Assembly (NCBI GenBank): GCA_045535075.1
Contig: JAZSKX010000005.1
Span: forward strand, 95,924 to 159,923
DNA: 64,000 nt
Source of the DNA: Candidatus Spyradenecus sp.
GTDB taxonomy: Bacteria > Verrucomicrobiota > Verrucomicrobiia > Opitutales > UBA953
Direction: 5' to 3'
Part shown: positions 34,277-43,004 of the stretch, piece by piece
Position numbering within the stretch: position 1 is the first letter of the stretch
Layout: each line of letters starts with the position of its first letter
Position numbers and translations under genes: made by a program
The notes under the pieces: generated by a model
What the model was told of the DNA's origin: nothing
Database searches by the model: none
The model's input: the letters and a program-made list of their open reading frames with translations, nothing else

Positions 34277-35470
34277 TTACTTTTCACAAAAAACGCGCGA
34301 AAGGATTTCAAGCCCTTCGTCGAGTTCCGCCTGCGTTGCATTCAGCGGCGGGAGCAGACGAACGACATTGTTGCCGGCGGGAACGCAAAGCAAGCCGGCG
34401 GCGCGCAATTTTCCGATCCACGGCGCCGGCGCTTCGGAAAGGCGAATTCCCGACATAAATCCAACCCCGCGAACCTCAATACAAAGCTCCGGATTCGCTT
34501 CGACGATTCGCTTCAAGCCTTCCCGCCAAGCCGGGCTGAGACGGTTCACGTTTTCTAAGATATTTTCTTTTTCAAAAACTTCAAAAACCGCAAGTGCAGC
34601 GGCAGTCGCGAGCGGATTTCCGCCAAACGTCGTCCCGTGCATTCCGGGTTTGACGTACGCGGCAAAGCGGTCGTCGCACCACATCGCTCCGATCGGGAAG
34701 CCGTTCCCGAGACCTTTTGCCATCGAAAAAGCGTCCGGACGCACGCCGGCTTGTTCGAAGCCGAAAAGCGTTCCCGTGCGCCCCATACCGCATTGGATTT
34801 CATCGCAAAGCAGTAAAACATTTTTTGCGTCGCAAAGCGCGCGCAGTTCCCGCAAAAACTCCGGAGCCGCCGGCGTCAACCCGCTTTCGCCCTGGACGCA
34901 TTCGAGAATGACGGCGGCAGTTTCATCATCAATCGCGTTGCGGAAGCTTTCGATGTCGTTGAGTTTTGCGACAGCGACATTCGGCATCAGCGGACGAAAT
35001 CCGTGTTGGATTTTTTCCTGCGGAGTTGCAGCCATCGTCCCGAAAAGACGCCCGTGAAATGCATTTTCACAGGTAATCACTTTATAAATTTTTCCTTCTT
35101 CGCCGCCGGCTTTCGCCATTCCGTGCAACCGCGAAAGCTTTAAAAGCGCTTCATTGGCTTCAGCTCCGGAATTACAGAAAAAGACTTTTCCGCCGCCCAT
35201 GTGCGCATTGATTTTCCGTGCAAGGCGCGGGGCGTTTTCATTGAGAAAAAGGTTGCTGCAGTGAGCCAATTTTCCGGCTTGTTCCCGCACGCGTTCAAGC
35301 CAATGCGGATGCGCATGTCCGATGTTGAGCACGGCGATCCCCGAAGAAAAATCCAGGTATTCGCGCCCGGCATCGTCCCAAACGCGCGCACCGTTCCCGC
35401 GAACGAGAGCGACGGGCGGCAATCCGTAGTTTCCCAAAATATTTTGCGACCAGAGTTCGGAAGTTGTCAT
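34277..35470 (-). CDS. argD: Acetylornithine aminotransferase
   Basis: NSGAEANE, FHGR, DEIQCGMGRTG, MAKGLGNG, HGTTFGGNP. Confidence 0.92.
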   Translation of the reverse strand: MTTSELWSQNILGNYGLPPVALVRGNGARVWDDAGREYLDFSSGIAVLNIGHAHPHWLERVREQAGKLAHCSNLFLNENAPRLARKINAHMGGGKVFFCNSGAEANEALLKLSRLHGMAKAGGEEGKIYKVITCENAFHGRLFGTMAATPQEKIQHGFRPLMPNVAVAKLNDIESFRNAIDDETAAVILECVQGESGLTPAAPEFLRELRALCDAKNVLLLCDEIQCGMGRTGTLFGFEQAGVRPDAFSMAKGLGNGFPIGAMWCDDRFAAYVKPGMHGTTFGGNPLATAAALAVFEVFEKENILENVNRLSPAWREGLKRIVEANPELCIEVRGVGFMSGIRLSEAPAPWIGKLRAAGLLCVPAGNNVVRLLPPLNATQAELDEGLEILSRVFCEK

Positions 35471-35554
35471 TGCTGTAAAAAATTTCGGAGAATTAAAAGC
35501 CCGCAGGCTTTTTTTTGCAAGCACGCGGGCGGACGTACTTTTTCTTTTGCAGGC

Positions 35555-36463
35555 TCAATCCTGCGTCGTGAAAGCGGTGCAAGCGCAAGCCAACAGAAAT
35601 GCGGAAAACACCAAGAGGCAACCCGCTGTCGCTAATTCATCCAAGGAAGAAAAAATGAGTTTTCCCGCACGATACGCCAGCAGGCAAAGCACCGCCAAGA
35701 CAGAGCGGAGCAATAAGCCGGCAAGCAGGTTTTTTCGTGCTCCGTAGGTGAAAAAAACACCCGTAATCCCGATTGCGGACGCGACGACGGCAATCGCAAA
35801 TCCCTGTTCCCGCAGAGGGACGACAACGGATTCCGCACAGGCAAGCGCGAGTAAAAACACTTCCCAAAACGAAAAAAACGAAAGGCGGTTTTTAAAGGAT
35901 TTCCCGATAAGAATCGTCAAAACGAATATGACTCCGGCTAAAACCGAAGGCACAAGAACGGAATCCGCAACCGCGTCGGCTGCCGTTCCCGTGAGCAAAT
36001 AACGCCACGTCGGATCTGGGCAAAGGCTCCACTTCGGCAAAATGAAAAAAAGCAATGCTATCCCGGCTGTTAAAACCGTAAAAATGATTTTTTCCGCAAT
36101 CGACAAGTGGTCTTTCGGGAGCAGGCTCTTCCGAGGCGACGGCGTCGCGGAAGCGCCTTTTTTAGAAGACGCGGAACTACGTTCCCGCGCGGGCGGACGC
36201 TTCCTTGCTTCCCGTTCCCGTTGTTTCCGCTGTTTATCGAAAAGCGCACGCTCCTCGGGATCAGAAAGCACTTCGTACGCCCGGTTAATCTCACCGGAAA
36301 TCCGCTCGTACTTTTTTTGCTCCGAAAGATGATGATCCGGATGAAACAGCATCATCTTCCGATGCCACGCACGCTTGATTTCCTCCGGAGTCGCCTTAGG
36401 CGAAACCGACAAAACCTTGTAATAATCGACCCATTCCCCGCTCACTTGAGTCTTACTCCCCAA
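35555..36463 (-). CDS. J-domain (DnaJ) protein with multi-TM C-terminus
   Basis: DYYKVL...HPD...INRAYEVLSD followed by hydrophobic helices; start uncertain. Confidence 0.85.
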   Translation of the reverse strand: MGSKTQVSGEWVDYYKVLSVSPKATPEEIKRAWHRKMMLFHPDHHLSEQKKYERISGEINRAYEVLSDPEERALFDKQRKQREREARKRPPARERSSASSKKGASATPSPRKSLLPKDHLSIAEKIIFTVLTAGIALLFFILPKWSLCPDPTWRYLLTGTAADAVADSVLVPSVLAGVIFVLTILIGKSFKNRLSFFSFWEVFLLALACAESVVVPLREQGFAIAVVASAIGITGVFFTYGARKNLLAGLLLRSVLAVLCLLAYRAGKLIFSSLDELATAGCLLVFSAFLLACACTAFTTQD

Positions 36464-37538
36464 GCATCAAACGAAGCGTCTTTGCGTCTGAACCGAAAAC
36501 ATGCTCTCCGAGCAGAATTTCCGGCGAAGCCTTGCCTCGTCGCGCATAAATTTCAACACGTGTTCCCGCCGGAGCCGAAACCGTAAAGTGGTTGTTCAAA
36601 TCCCGCGTATCGTCATGCGAAACGCCTTCGCCGAGGACGCGCCGCGTCGATTTTTCAACGACGCGTACGGGAACGGCAATGCGCTTCCCGTTCGCATCGC
36701 AAAGATTGATCGCAAGAGGAACTTCACGGACTTTCGCAGGCGCTTTTGCAACATAACGTGCCGTAACATTGCACGCGGGAATCCCCGAGCGCGAATCCCC
36801 CGGATACCGCCAAGAGGCATCGAACTCCGTTCCCGTCGGCGCCCAACTCGTCGCATAAATCGCATAATGCGGGTCGCTTTCGACGGCGGCAGCGGCATCC
36901 GCGTCAAACCAGGACTCGTTGGCTTTCGAACAGTCGAACGCCCCGATGTAATGCCATTTCCCGCGATCCCAAAACTCCACCCAAGAATGGTTGCCGGGTT
37001 TCTTTTTCCAGCGGCATCCGGCGAAACGCGCGGGAACGCCGACGGCACGACAGGCGTTGATGAGAATCACCGAAAGCCCCGAGCAGGAAGCCATTCCGAT
37101 ACGCATCGAATGAAACGGCGACTGATCCGGTTTGTCGCGCTTCGGGCTATAAACGACTCCCAAAATTTTCCAAATTTCGCGATTCAGCGTCTCGACGACT
37201 TCCGTCGCATTTTTGCAATCCGCCACCAAGGGCATAAATTTTTGACAAAAAACCGGGCGCCACACGTCGATTTCTTCTCCGATTGACGCATACGGGAGCA
37301 CGGCGTTCAGAAACAATTCGTCGGGAACGTCGCGCGTCCACGGCAGCTTCCCGCGCACCGCCAAAGCCAGCCGGAGGTTTTCCTGAAGATATTTTTCCGA
37401 AACCTTCCCGCGATCCTGCTCCGGCATATTTTCGCAAAGAAATTTCCAAGCTTTTTTCTCAAAATTCTCCTGCTCGGCAAAAGCGATCGGACAAACGAGC
37501 AGAAACGAAAGAAGACAAATCAGAATCCGATGAAACAT
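36453..37538 (-). CDS. Exported transglutaminase-like domain protein
   Basis: Signal peptide; VLPY, ASCSGLS (Cys), CRAVGVPAR, NHSWVE (His). Confidence 0.85.
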   Translation of the reverse strand: MFHRILICLLSFLLVCPIAFAEQENFEKKAWKFLCENMPEQDRGKVSEKYLQENLRLALAVRGKLPWTRDVPDELFLNAVLPYASIGEEIDVWRPVFCQKFMPLVADCKNATEVVETLNREIWKILGVVYSPKRDKPDQSPFHSMRIGMASCSGLSVILINACRAVGVPARFAGCRWKKKPGNHSWVEFWDRGKWHYIGAFDCSKANESWFDADAAAAVESDPHYAIYATSWAPTGTEFDASWRYPGDSRSGIPACNVTARYVAKAPAKVREVPLAINLCDANGKRIAVPVRVVEKSTRRVLGEGVSHDDTRDLNNHFTVSAPAGTRVEIYARRGKASPEILLGEHVFGSDAKTLRLMLGE

Positions 37539-37552
37539 AAAAACAAAATCCG

Positions 37553-38893
37553 TTAAGCGTGCGTGTAATCCCAAATTTTTGAAGCATCTACGGACGAATC
37601 AAAAGTTAATTTGCTGCGAACCGCCCTGCCCATGTGAATATTCATTAAACCGCGGGAACGCAAATTCGGCAAATGCTCCGGAGTAATGCCGCCGCCGATG
37701 CGCAAGCGGACGGGAGCGCGCGGAAGCAAATCGAGCGTCGGAAGAACCGTCGTCGTAATTGAGCAGACTCCGAGCTTGGCAAGCAAAGCGTACGCGACAG
37801 CCGGGTCTTCCGCTTTCTCAAAGGCCCGGTTAAAGGCGACCTTGAGTCTTCCCGCCGCAGCCATGATCTTCTGCATCCGCTCAATATCAATGTTCCCGTC
37901 CGGAGTAATCACCCCGACGGAAATGCCCTCCGCCTTGGTTTCTTCGGCAATAAATTTGATGTCGGCAAGCATTTGTCCGAACGCTTCGTCCGTATAACAA
38001 AATCCGTCTGCGCTCGGACGAATCATGACATACACGGGAAGTCGGCTTTGGGCGCAGGCATTGCGAATCAACTCGCGATCCGGCGTCAAACCGCCGCAAT
38101 CGGCATCCGCGCAAAGTTCGACAACGCTCGCGTCAGAATCGTTAATTTCGGAAATATCCTGCATCGAAACGGCGACAACCTGCAAATTAAAATGGTCAAC
38201 CCCTTCGGAAGCAGCCTTCCCGAAACTGCGCCACGCACGCGTATCGTTTTCGTCGTACTCGGCAACGTCGCGCCGCAAAACGGGAAGCCTCCAGTGTTGC
38301 GTCATCGCAATTCCGCGCAACGCAATCACGCTCAGCGCCGTAACGACCTGCGTAGTCACGGAATCGATCCCGAGCGAAGAACAGACGAGATAAACCAAGC
38401 CGCCGAAAATACAGGCGAGCGCGTAAATATCTTTCCGGAAAACAAGCGGCTCGACGTTAATAAAAATATCGCGGAAAACCCCGCCGCCGGCGCCCGTTAC
38501 CATTCCCATCAAAATCGCCACCCACATCGGGAAACCGCATGCAAGCGTTTTTTCAATCCCGACAACCGTAAAAAGCCCGAGGCCTATTGCGTCAAAGACG
38601 AAAATCGTATCGTTCATTCGAAGCAAATAACGCCCCAGAACGGAAACGACAAGCAACGCAAAAAGGACGACAAGCAAATAAGTAAAACCGCCTTCCCAAA
38701 ACGGCGTTTTTGACTGCATCCAAAACGGCGTTTGCCCAAGCATAATATCGCGCAATGTTCCGCCGCCGCACCCTGTCGCAAACCCGACGACAATCGCACC
38801 GAAAAGGTCGAAACGTTTTGCCGATGCACGGCGGATTCCGCTGATTGCGAAGGCAAAAGTCCCCAGATAGTCAATAAATAGAGTAAATGTCAT
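37553..38893 (-). CDS. TRIC/YadS (UPF0126) membrane domain fused to a CutC-like TIM barrel
   Basis: N-term GTFAFAISG, GGGTLRD, DAIGLGLF, GGGVFRD; C-term VELC..GGLTP, VMIRP, GNID, FNRAFE. Confidence 0.85.
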   Translation of the reverse strand: MTFTLFIDYLGTFAFAISGIRRASAKRFDLFGAIVVGFATGCGGGTLRDIMLGQTPFWMQSKTPFWEGGFTYLLVVLFALLVVSVLGRYLLRMNDTIFVFDAIGLGLFTVVGIEKTLACGFPMWVAILMGMVTGAGGGVFRDIFINVEPLVFRKDIYALACIFGGLVYLVCSSLGIDSVTTQVVTALSVIALRGIAMTQHWRLPVLRRDVAEYDENDTRAWRSFGKAASEGVDHFNLQVVAVSMQDISEINDSDASVVELCADADCGGLTPDRELIRNACAQSRLPVYVMIRPSADGFCYTDEAFGQMLADIKFIAEETKAEGISVGVITPDGNIDIERMQKIMAAAGRLKVAFNRAFEKAEDPAVAYALLAKLGVCSITTTVLPTLDLLPRAPVRLRIGGGITPEHLPNLRSRGLMNIHMGRAVRSKLTFDSSVDASKIWDYTHA

Positions 38894-39009
38894 GGTGGCG
38901 TAAAAGGAAGTATTTCGCGATTTTAGGTGCGCTCCCGAAACAAGTAAATGCTTTAGCGCTACTCGGGAAATTAAAAATTTTTAGGCGGGAACACGGTCTC
39001 CGGAGAATT

Positions 39010-39579
39010 CTAAAGCATCGTATCGGCGGCAAGTTTTTCGGCAACCGTCTTTCCGTAAAGCATTTCGACGAAAGCAAGCCCGAAGACAAATGCCGTTCCC
39101 GCGCCGCGAGAAGTCAACAGGTTTCCGTCGATTGCATACGGAGCGGAAAATTGCGCAGCCGGAATCGCCTCCCAAGTGCACGAATGCGCGGAAACTCGCT
39201 TGCCTTCAAGCACGCCTGCCGCAAGGAGAATTAACGGAGCCGCGCAAATCGCCGCGATCGGCTTGTTCTTTTCGGCAAACGCTTTTGCCAGTTTCGGCGC
39301 GTTCCCGTCGTCCAGCAAGGTCCACGTTCCCGGGCCTCCGGGAATAAAAAGCGCATCAAACGCCTCGGCGATTTTCTCGAAAGAGGCATATTGCTCCGTC
39401 AATGCCGCGAGCGTGGTATCGGCTTTAAGTAAAAGCTCCGAACGCCCTTTCAGCAGAGTTTCTCCGCCGCTTGCAAGAGCTACGAGCGTATTACGCGCTC
39501 CCGCACGATGAAGCAAATCAAGCGGCGCAACCGCCTCGGTTTCCTCAAACCCGTTTGTTAAAATCGTAAGAACTTTCAT
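39010..39579 (-). CDS. DJ-1/YajL/PfpI family protein
   Basis: GFEETEA, IPGGPG, AAICAAP, TSRGAGTA. Confidence 0.9.
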   Translation of the reverse strand: MKVLTILTNGFEETEAVAPLDLLHRAGARNTLVALASGGETLLKGRSELLLKADTTLAALTEQYASFEKIAEAFDALFIPGGPGTWTLLDDGNAPKLAKAFAEKNKPIAAICAAPLILLAAGVLEGKRVSAHSCTWEAIPAAQFSAPYAIDGNLLTSRGAGTAFVFGLAFVEMLYGKTVAEKLAADTML

Positions 39580-39582
39580 CGT

Positions 39583-39804
39583 TTAGCGGGCTTCGACGGT
39601 TTCGGCGTTTTCGGGAAGGTTTTCCAAAAGTCCCTGTTCCCGCATTTCTTCGGCACTGAGCGGAGTTTCGGTACGAATCGGCGAATACATCTGCGTCGTA
39701 GGCGAATAACGCCAGTAAGTGTAGGTAACGTCCGGAGAATAAAGGCAAGCGGAACTCATTCCGGCAACAAGCGCCAAAGCAAAACAACAAGCGAGTTTTT
39801 TCAT
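39583..39804 (-). CDS. Small lipoprotein
   Basis: MKK-hydrophobic-SSAC; abuts the DJ-1 gene. Confidence 0.6.
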   Translation of the reverse strand: MKKLACCFALALVAGMSSACLYSPDVTYTYWRYSPTTQMYSPIRTETPLSAEEMREQGLLENLPENAETVEAR

Positions 39805-40030
39805 AGTTCATGTATTTTGTAAAGGGCAACGCCTTCCCGCAATTTCAAATCGAAGCCGAAATACGGAAGCAGAGGAATCGGCGGGAATTGAAGCAATTAA
39901 AGCCGCCTCTGACAAGAGCGACAGGATTATCGCCATTCCGCAAAAAGGCCTTCCCGTGACAAGCGGAGATTAAAATTTATTCTTGTAAAAAATCGGAAAA
40001 TTCTTTTTCATTGGTTTTCCTTTTTGATTT

Positions 40031-40115
40031 GCCCGGATGGCGAAATTGGCAGACGCGTCAGACTCAAAATCTGATACCGCGAGGTGTGTGGGTTCGACCC
40101 CCACTCCGGGTACCA
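40031..40115 (+). tRNA. tRNA-Leu(CAA)
   Basis: GCCCGGA/TCCGGGT acceptor, tcaga-ctCAAaa-tctga anticodon arm, long variable arm, GGTTCGA, encoded CCA. Confidence 0.96.
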
Positions 40116-40133
40116 AAAAAAAATCAAACAATC

Positions 40134-40226
40134 GGAGGGGTGGCCGAGTGGCTGAAGGCAACGGTTTGCTAAATCGTCGTAGGGTGTCAAGCCCTACCGT
40201 GGGTTCGAATCCCATCCCCTCCGCCA
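40134..40226 (+). tRNA. tRNA-Ser(GCT)
   Basis: GGAGGGG/CCCCTCC acceptor, acggt-ttGCTaa-atcgt, long variable arm, encoded CCA. Confidence 0.96.
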
Positions 40227-40389
40227 CTTTTTGAGAATCCCGTTTAGCTCAACGTCTAAGCGGGATTTTTCTTACTCGATTCCGGCGTTCCCGCGAAGTT
40301 TGTCGGCGGTTTTCGGCTGTACAACACGGCGGAATTCCCTCGCAGAAAATTTCATCGAAAAAGGCGAAAGAGGCAGGCAGACTGATTTC

Positions 40390-41367
40390 ATGCCTAATTT
40401 TTATCCCGTAAACATTTTGAAAACGCTTGCCGCAAACACCCGGTTTTCCGGTGTTTTTATTTTGAAAAAATGTTCGACCAAAACGGCGAAAAACGGATCG
40501 CCGTTTTACTCGCTTGAACTCGGCGACAAGACGGGAAGTTTCTCCTGCAATGTTTTTTCCGACAATCTTATCGGAACCGTTTTGCGTAGCGTTTCCGAAG
40601 GCGTTATCGTGCGCGTCGCGGGAACGGTCGATTTCTATCAGGGGCGTTTTTCTCCGAAACCCGATTCCATTGAGGAAGTTCCCGCAGACGAAGTTGAGCG
40701 TGAAGGCTTAGCGGAATTGCTTGCAGAATCCTCGCCGGAAGATTTCGACGCGCTTTGTGCCGAGCTGAATGAACACATCGACGCGATTCCTCACGAGGCA
40801 TTGCGCACCGTAACACGTTCGGCAATCGAAGAAATTTACGGTGTTTTTGTTAATTCTTCCGCGGCGGTTTCAATGCACCATGCTTATCGCCACGGCTTGC
40901 TCGAACACTCATGCCACCTCGCGCGCGCCGCCAGAGCGCTTTTGCCGCTTTACCCGCAGATAGACCCGAGCCTTGTTATCGCGGGAACGCTTTTGCACGA
41001 CATCGGAAAAACCGTCGAATATACGCAGGGGCTTTCGACGCGCCGGACGCGAACGGGCATCCTGCAAGGGCACGTCGTTCTCGGCTATCGTATCGTGCGC
41101 AAACACGGACTAAAAAATCACCTTCCCGAAGCGCTTTTGGAGCGTCTGGAGCACATTATTCTAAGCCACCAAGGCGAATTGGAATGGGGTGCCGCTGCAA
41201 TTGCCGCGACGCCCGAAGCCGTCTTTGTTTCTTTGGTTGACAACTTGGACGCTAAGCTGGGCATGGTACAAAACGCTTTGCGAAACGCCGTTCCCGGCGG
41301 CGACGAATTCTCGGAATTCATTCCCGGCTTAAAAGCTCCGCTCCTGCTTACTCCGCCTCTCGAATAA
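40390..41367 (+). CDS. OB-fold + HD-domain 3'-5' exoribonuclease (YhaM/Cbf1 family)
   Basis: LGDKTG OB fold, HHAYRHGLLEH, LHDIGK, ILSHQG, DNLDAK. Confidence 0.88.
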   Translation: MPNFYPVNILKTLAANTRFSGVFILKKCSTKTAKNGSPFYSLELGDKTGSFSCNVFSDNLIGTVLRSVSEGVIVRVAGTVDFYQGRFSPKPDSIEEVPADEVEREGLAELLAESSPEDFDALCAELNEHIDAIPHEALRTVTRSAIEEIYGVFVNSSAAVSMHHAYRHGLLEHSCHLARAARALLPLYPQIDPSLVIAGTLLHDIGKTVEYTQGLSTRRTRTGILQGHVVLGYRIVRKHGLKNHLPEALLERLEHIILSHQGELEWGAAAIAATPEAVFVSLVDNLDAKLGMVQNALRNAVPGGDEFSEFIPGLKAPLLLTPPLE

Positions 41368-41466
41368 AATTCGGAGTCCCGACTTCGGGGAGGTTTTAAA
41401 AAACAGCGTAAAAAATCCGGAAAATTTCGGATTCGGGAACGCTATTCTTCAAAAGGAGTTTTAATT

Positions 41467-42192
41467 ATGAAGAAAAACTACATTGGAGGAATCGCGTTAT
41501 TTTTTGCGGGAACGGCGTGCGCGTACGCCGGCTCGGTTACGGCGGAAACCGCACCGAAAGACAATCAGGGGAATTACTACGGATTTACCTTGGGATTGGG
41601 ATTAGAAACTTCGGCGCTGACAGATCCGGGCGGAATTTTGGAAAACCTGCGCGGCGAATCCGTTTCCTTGGAAAGCGTAGGCCTCCTCACGCGCACGGGA
41701 AGTTCTTTTGCCGATGCAAAAATCGCCGTTTATTCCTTTGCCGGAGACGGGAACGTCGGTAGCTTTGTCGGACTTTCGAACTCCGTTTCGTTTTCTCCGG
41801 ACTCCCATGCACGCTTTCAATTTCACGACGTGGACTTAATCTCAGGCGAGCGCTATCAGTTTCTTTTCGTCAATTCGGAAGCAACCGCAACAGCCTTAAC
41901 CGACACGGGAACGGACAACGCGACACTTCTCCGGCTTTACCAGATGTATTCGCTGGCTTGGGGAATTGCCGTAACTGCAGACCAATACAACGGAACACTA
42001 CTTCCGAGCGGCTGGGGAACTTATAAAAACAACACCCTAAACGCTTGGGAAAGCCACCGCATGCCGGTTACCTCAATCACGGTTTCTTCGGTCGCCATTC
42101 CCGAATCGTCCGCATTCGGCTTGGTTGCCGGAATCGGGGTTTTGCTGTTTTCCGTATCCGGACGAAGAAGAAGACGATTTGCGACCGTCTAG
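41467..42192 (+). CDS. PEP-CTERM-type sorted surface protein
   Basis: Signal peptide; C-terminal IPESSAFGLVAG-TM-RRRRR; AAAGGAG SD upstream. Confidence 0.85.
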   Translation: MKKNYIGGIALFFAGTACAYAGSVTAETAPKDNQGNYYGFTLGLGLETSALTDPGGILENLRGESVSLESVGLLTRTGSSFADAKIAVYSFAGDGNVGSFVGLSNSVSFSPDSHARFQFHDVDLISGERYQFLFVNSEATATALTDTGTDNATLLRLYQMYSLAWGIAVTADQYNGTLLPSGWGTYKNNTLNAWESHRMPVTSITVSSVAIPESSAFGLVAGIGVLLFSVSGRRRRRFATV

Positions 42193-42194
42193 CC

Positions 42195-42992
42195 TCAAAT
42201 CAATCCGAGCTGTTCGGCTCGGGCAATGAAAGAACGCGTTCCCGCGAACCAACGCAATTTCGGCATTTCCGAAGAAATTTGGCGCAGCGGGAACGGTTTA
42301 TTTTTGATGAAAACAATTTTACGCCCGGCGGCAATCAGCATGGCATACGCCGCCGCAATGTCCCAGACGCGCGTGAAATGATCAATGCTTCCGTCAATCG
42401 CACCGAACGCGTTATAAGCCAAATTCAAAGCGGCGGAGCCTTGACAACGCAACGCGTTAACGGAGGTAAAAGGCGTCAACTCAAGTAGCTCGTGTTGTTT
42501 GAGCGGAAAATGCAGGCTGATAAGGCTGTGTTCGTTGTAAGGCAATTCCTGCGGAAGCGCGACGGGAGTCCCGTTTTTCGAGAGCGGAATATTTTCGCCG
42601 CCTTCCAGAATGCAATTCTGTGCGTGGTCGTAAATAATTCCGTACACGGGAACGCCGTTGCGCAACAACGCGAGTGAAATTGCACAAAGCGGAATCCCTC
42701 TCGCGAAGTTATTTGTACCGTCAATCGGATCGAGTACCCACGCGAATTCGGCGTTAAAATACTGAATCGTTCCCGGCGGCGGCAGTGCTTCTTCCGAGCA
42801 AAAATCGTCGTCCGGGAATTTTTTCAGAATTGCTTCGGTAATTGTTCGCGAGAGCGTCAGGTCGGCTTCGGTTACGCGGGAATTGTCTTTTTTCCAAAGG
42901 CTTTCGACGTTCGAAAAGTTCTTTTGGAAAAAAGCAATCTGTTCCCGAATAACGCTACGCGCCGCCGTGATTCTCTGCGATTGTTCACTCAT
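42195..42992 (-). CDS. Inositol monophosphatase family protein (SuhB-like)
   Basis: VTEAD, SEE, LDPIDGTNNF, GSAAL, WDIAAA. Confidence 0.85.
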   Translation of the reverse strand: MSEQSQRITAARSVIREQIAFFQKNFSNVESLWKKDNSRVTEADLTLSRTITEAILKKFPDDDFCSEEALPPPGTIQYFNAEFAWVLDPIDGTNNFARGIPLCAISLALLRNGVPVYGIIYDHAQNCILEGGENIPLSKNGTPVALPQELPYNEHSLISLHFPLKQHELLELTPFTSVNALRCQGSAALNLAYNAFGAIDGSIDHFTRVWDIAAAYAMLIAAGRKIVFIKNKPFPLRQISSEMPKLRWFAGTRSFIARAEQLGLI

Positions 42993-43004
42993 ACGGGAAC
43001 GCGA

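Noticed and set aside
39840..39975. Possible ncRNA upstream of the tRNA pair (repeated tgacaag, small hairpins)
   Set aside because: I could not build a convincing extended structure or match SRP, 6S or riboswitch signatures.
39970..40234. Short ORFs over 40031-40226 and 55871-56163
   Set aside because: They overlap clear tRNA genes.
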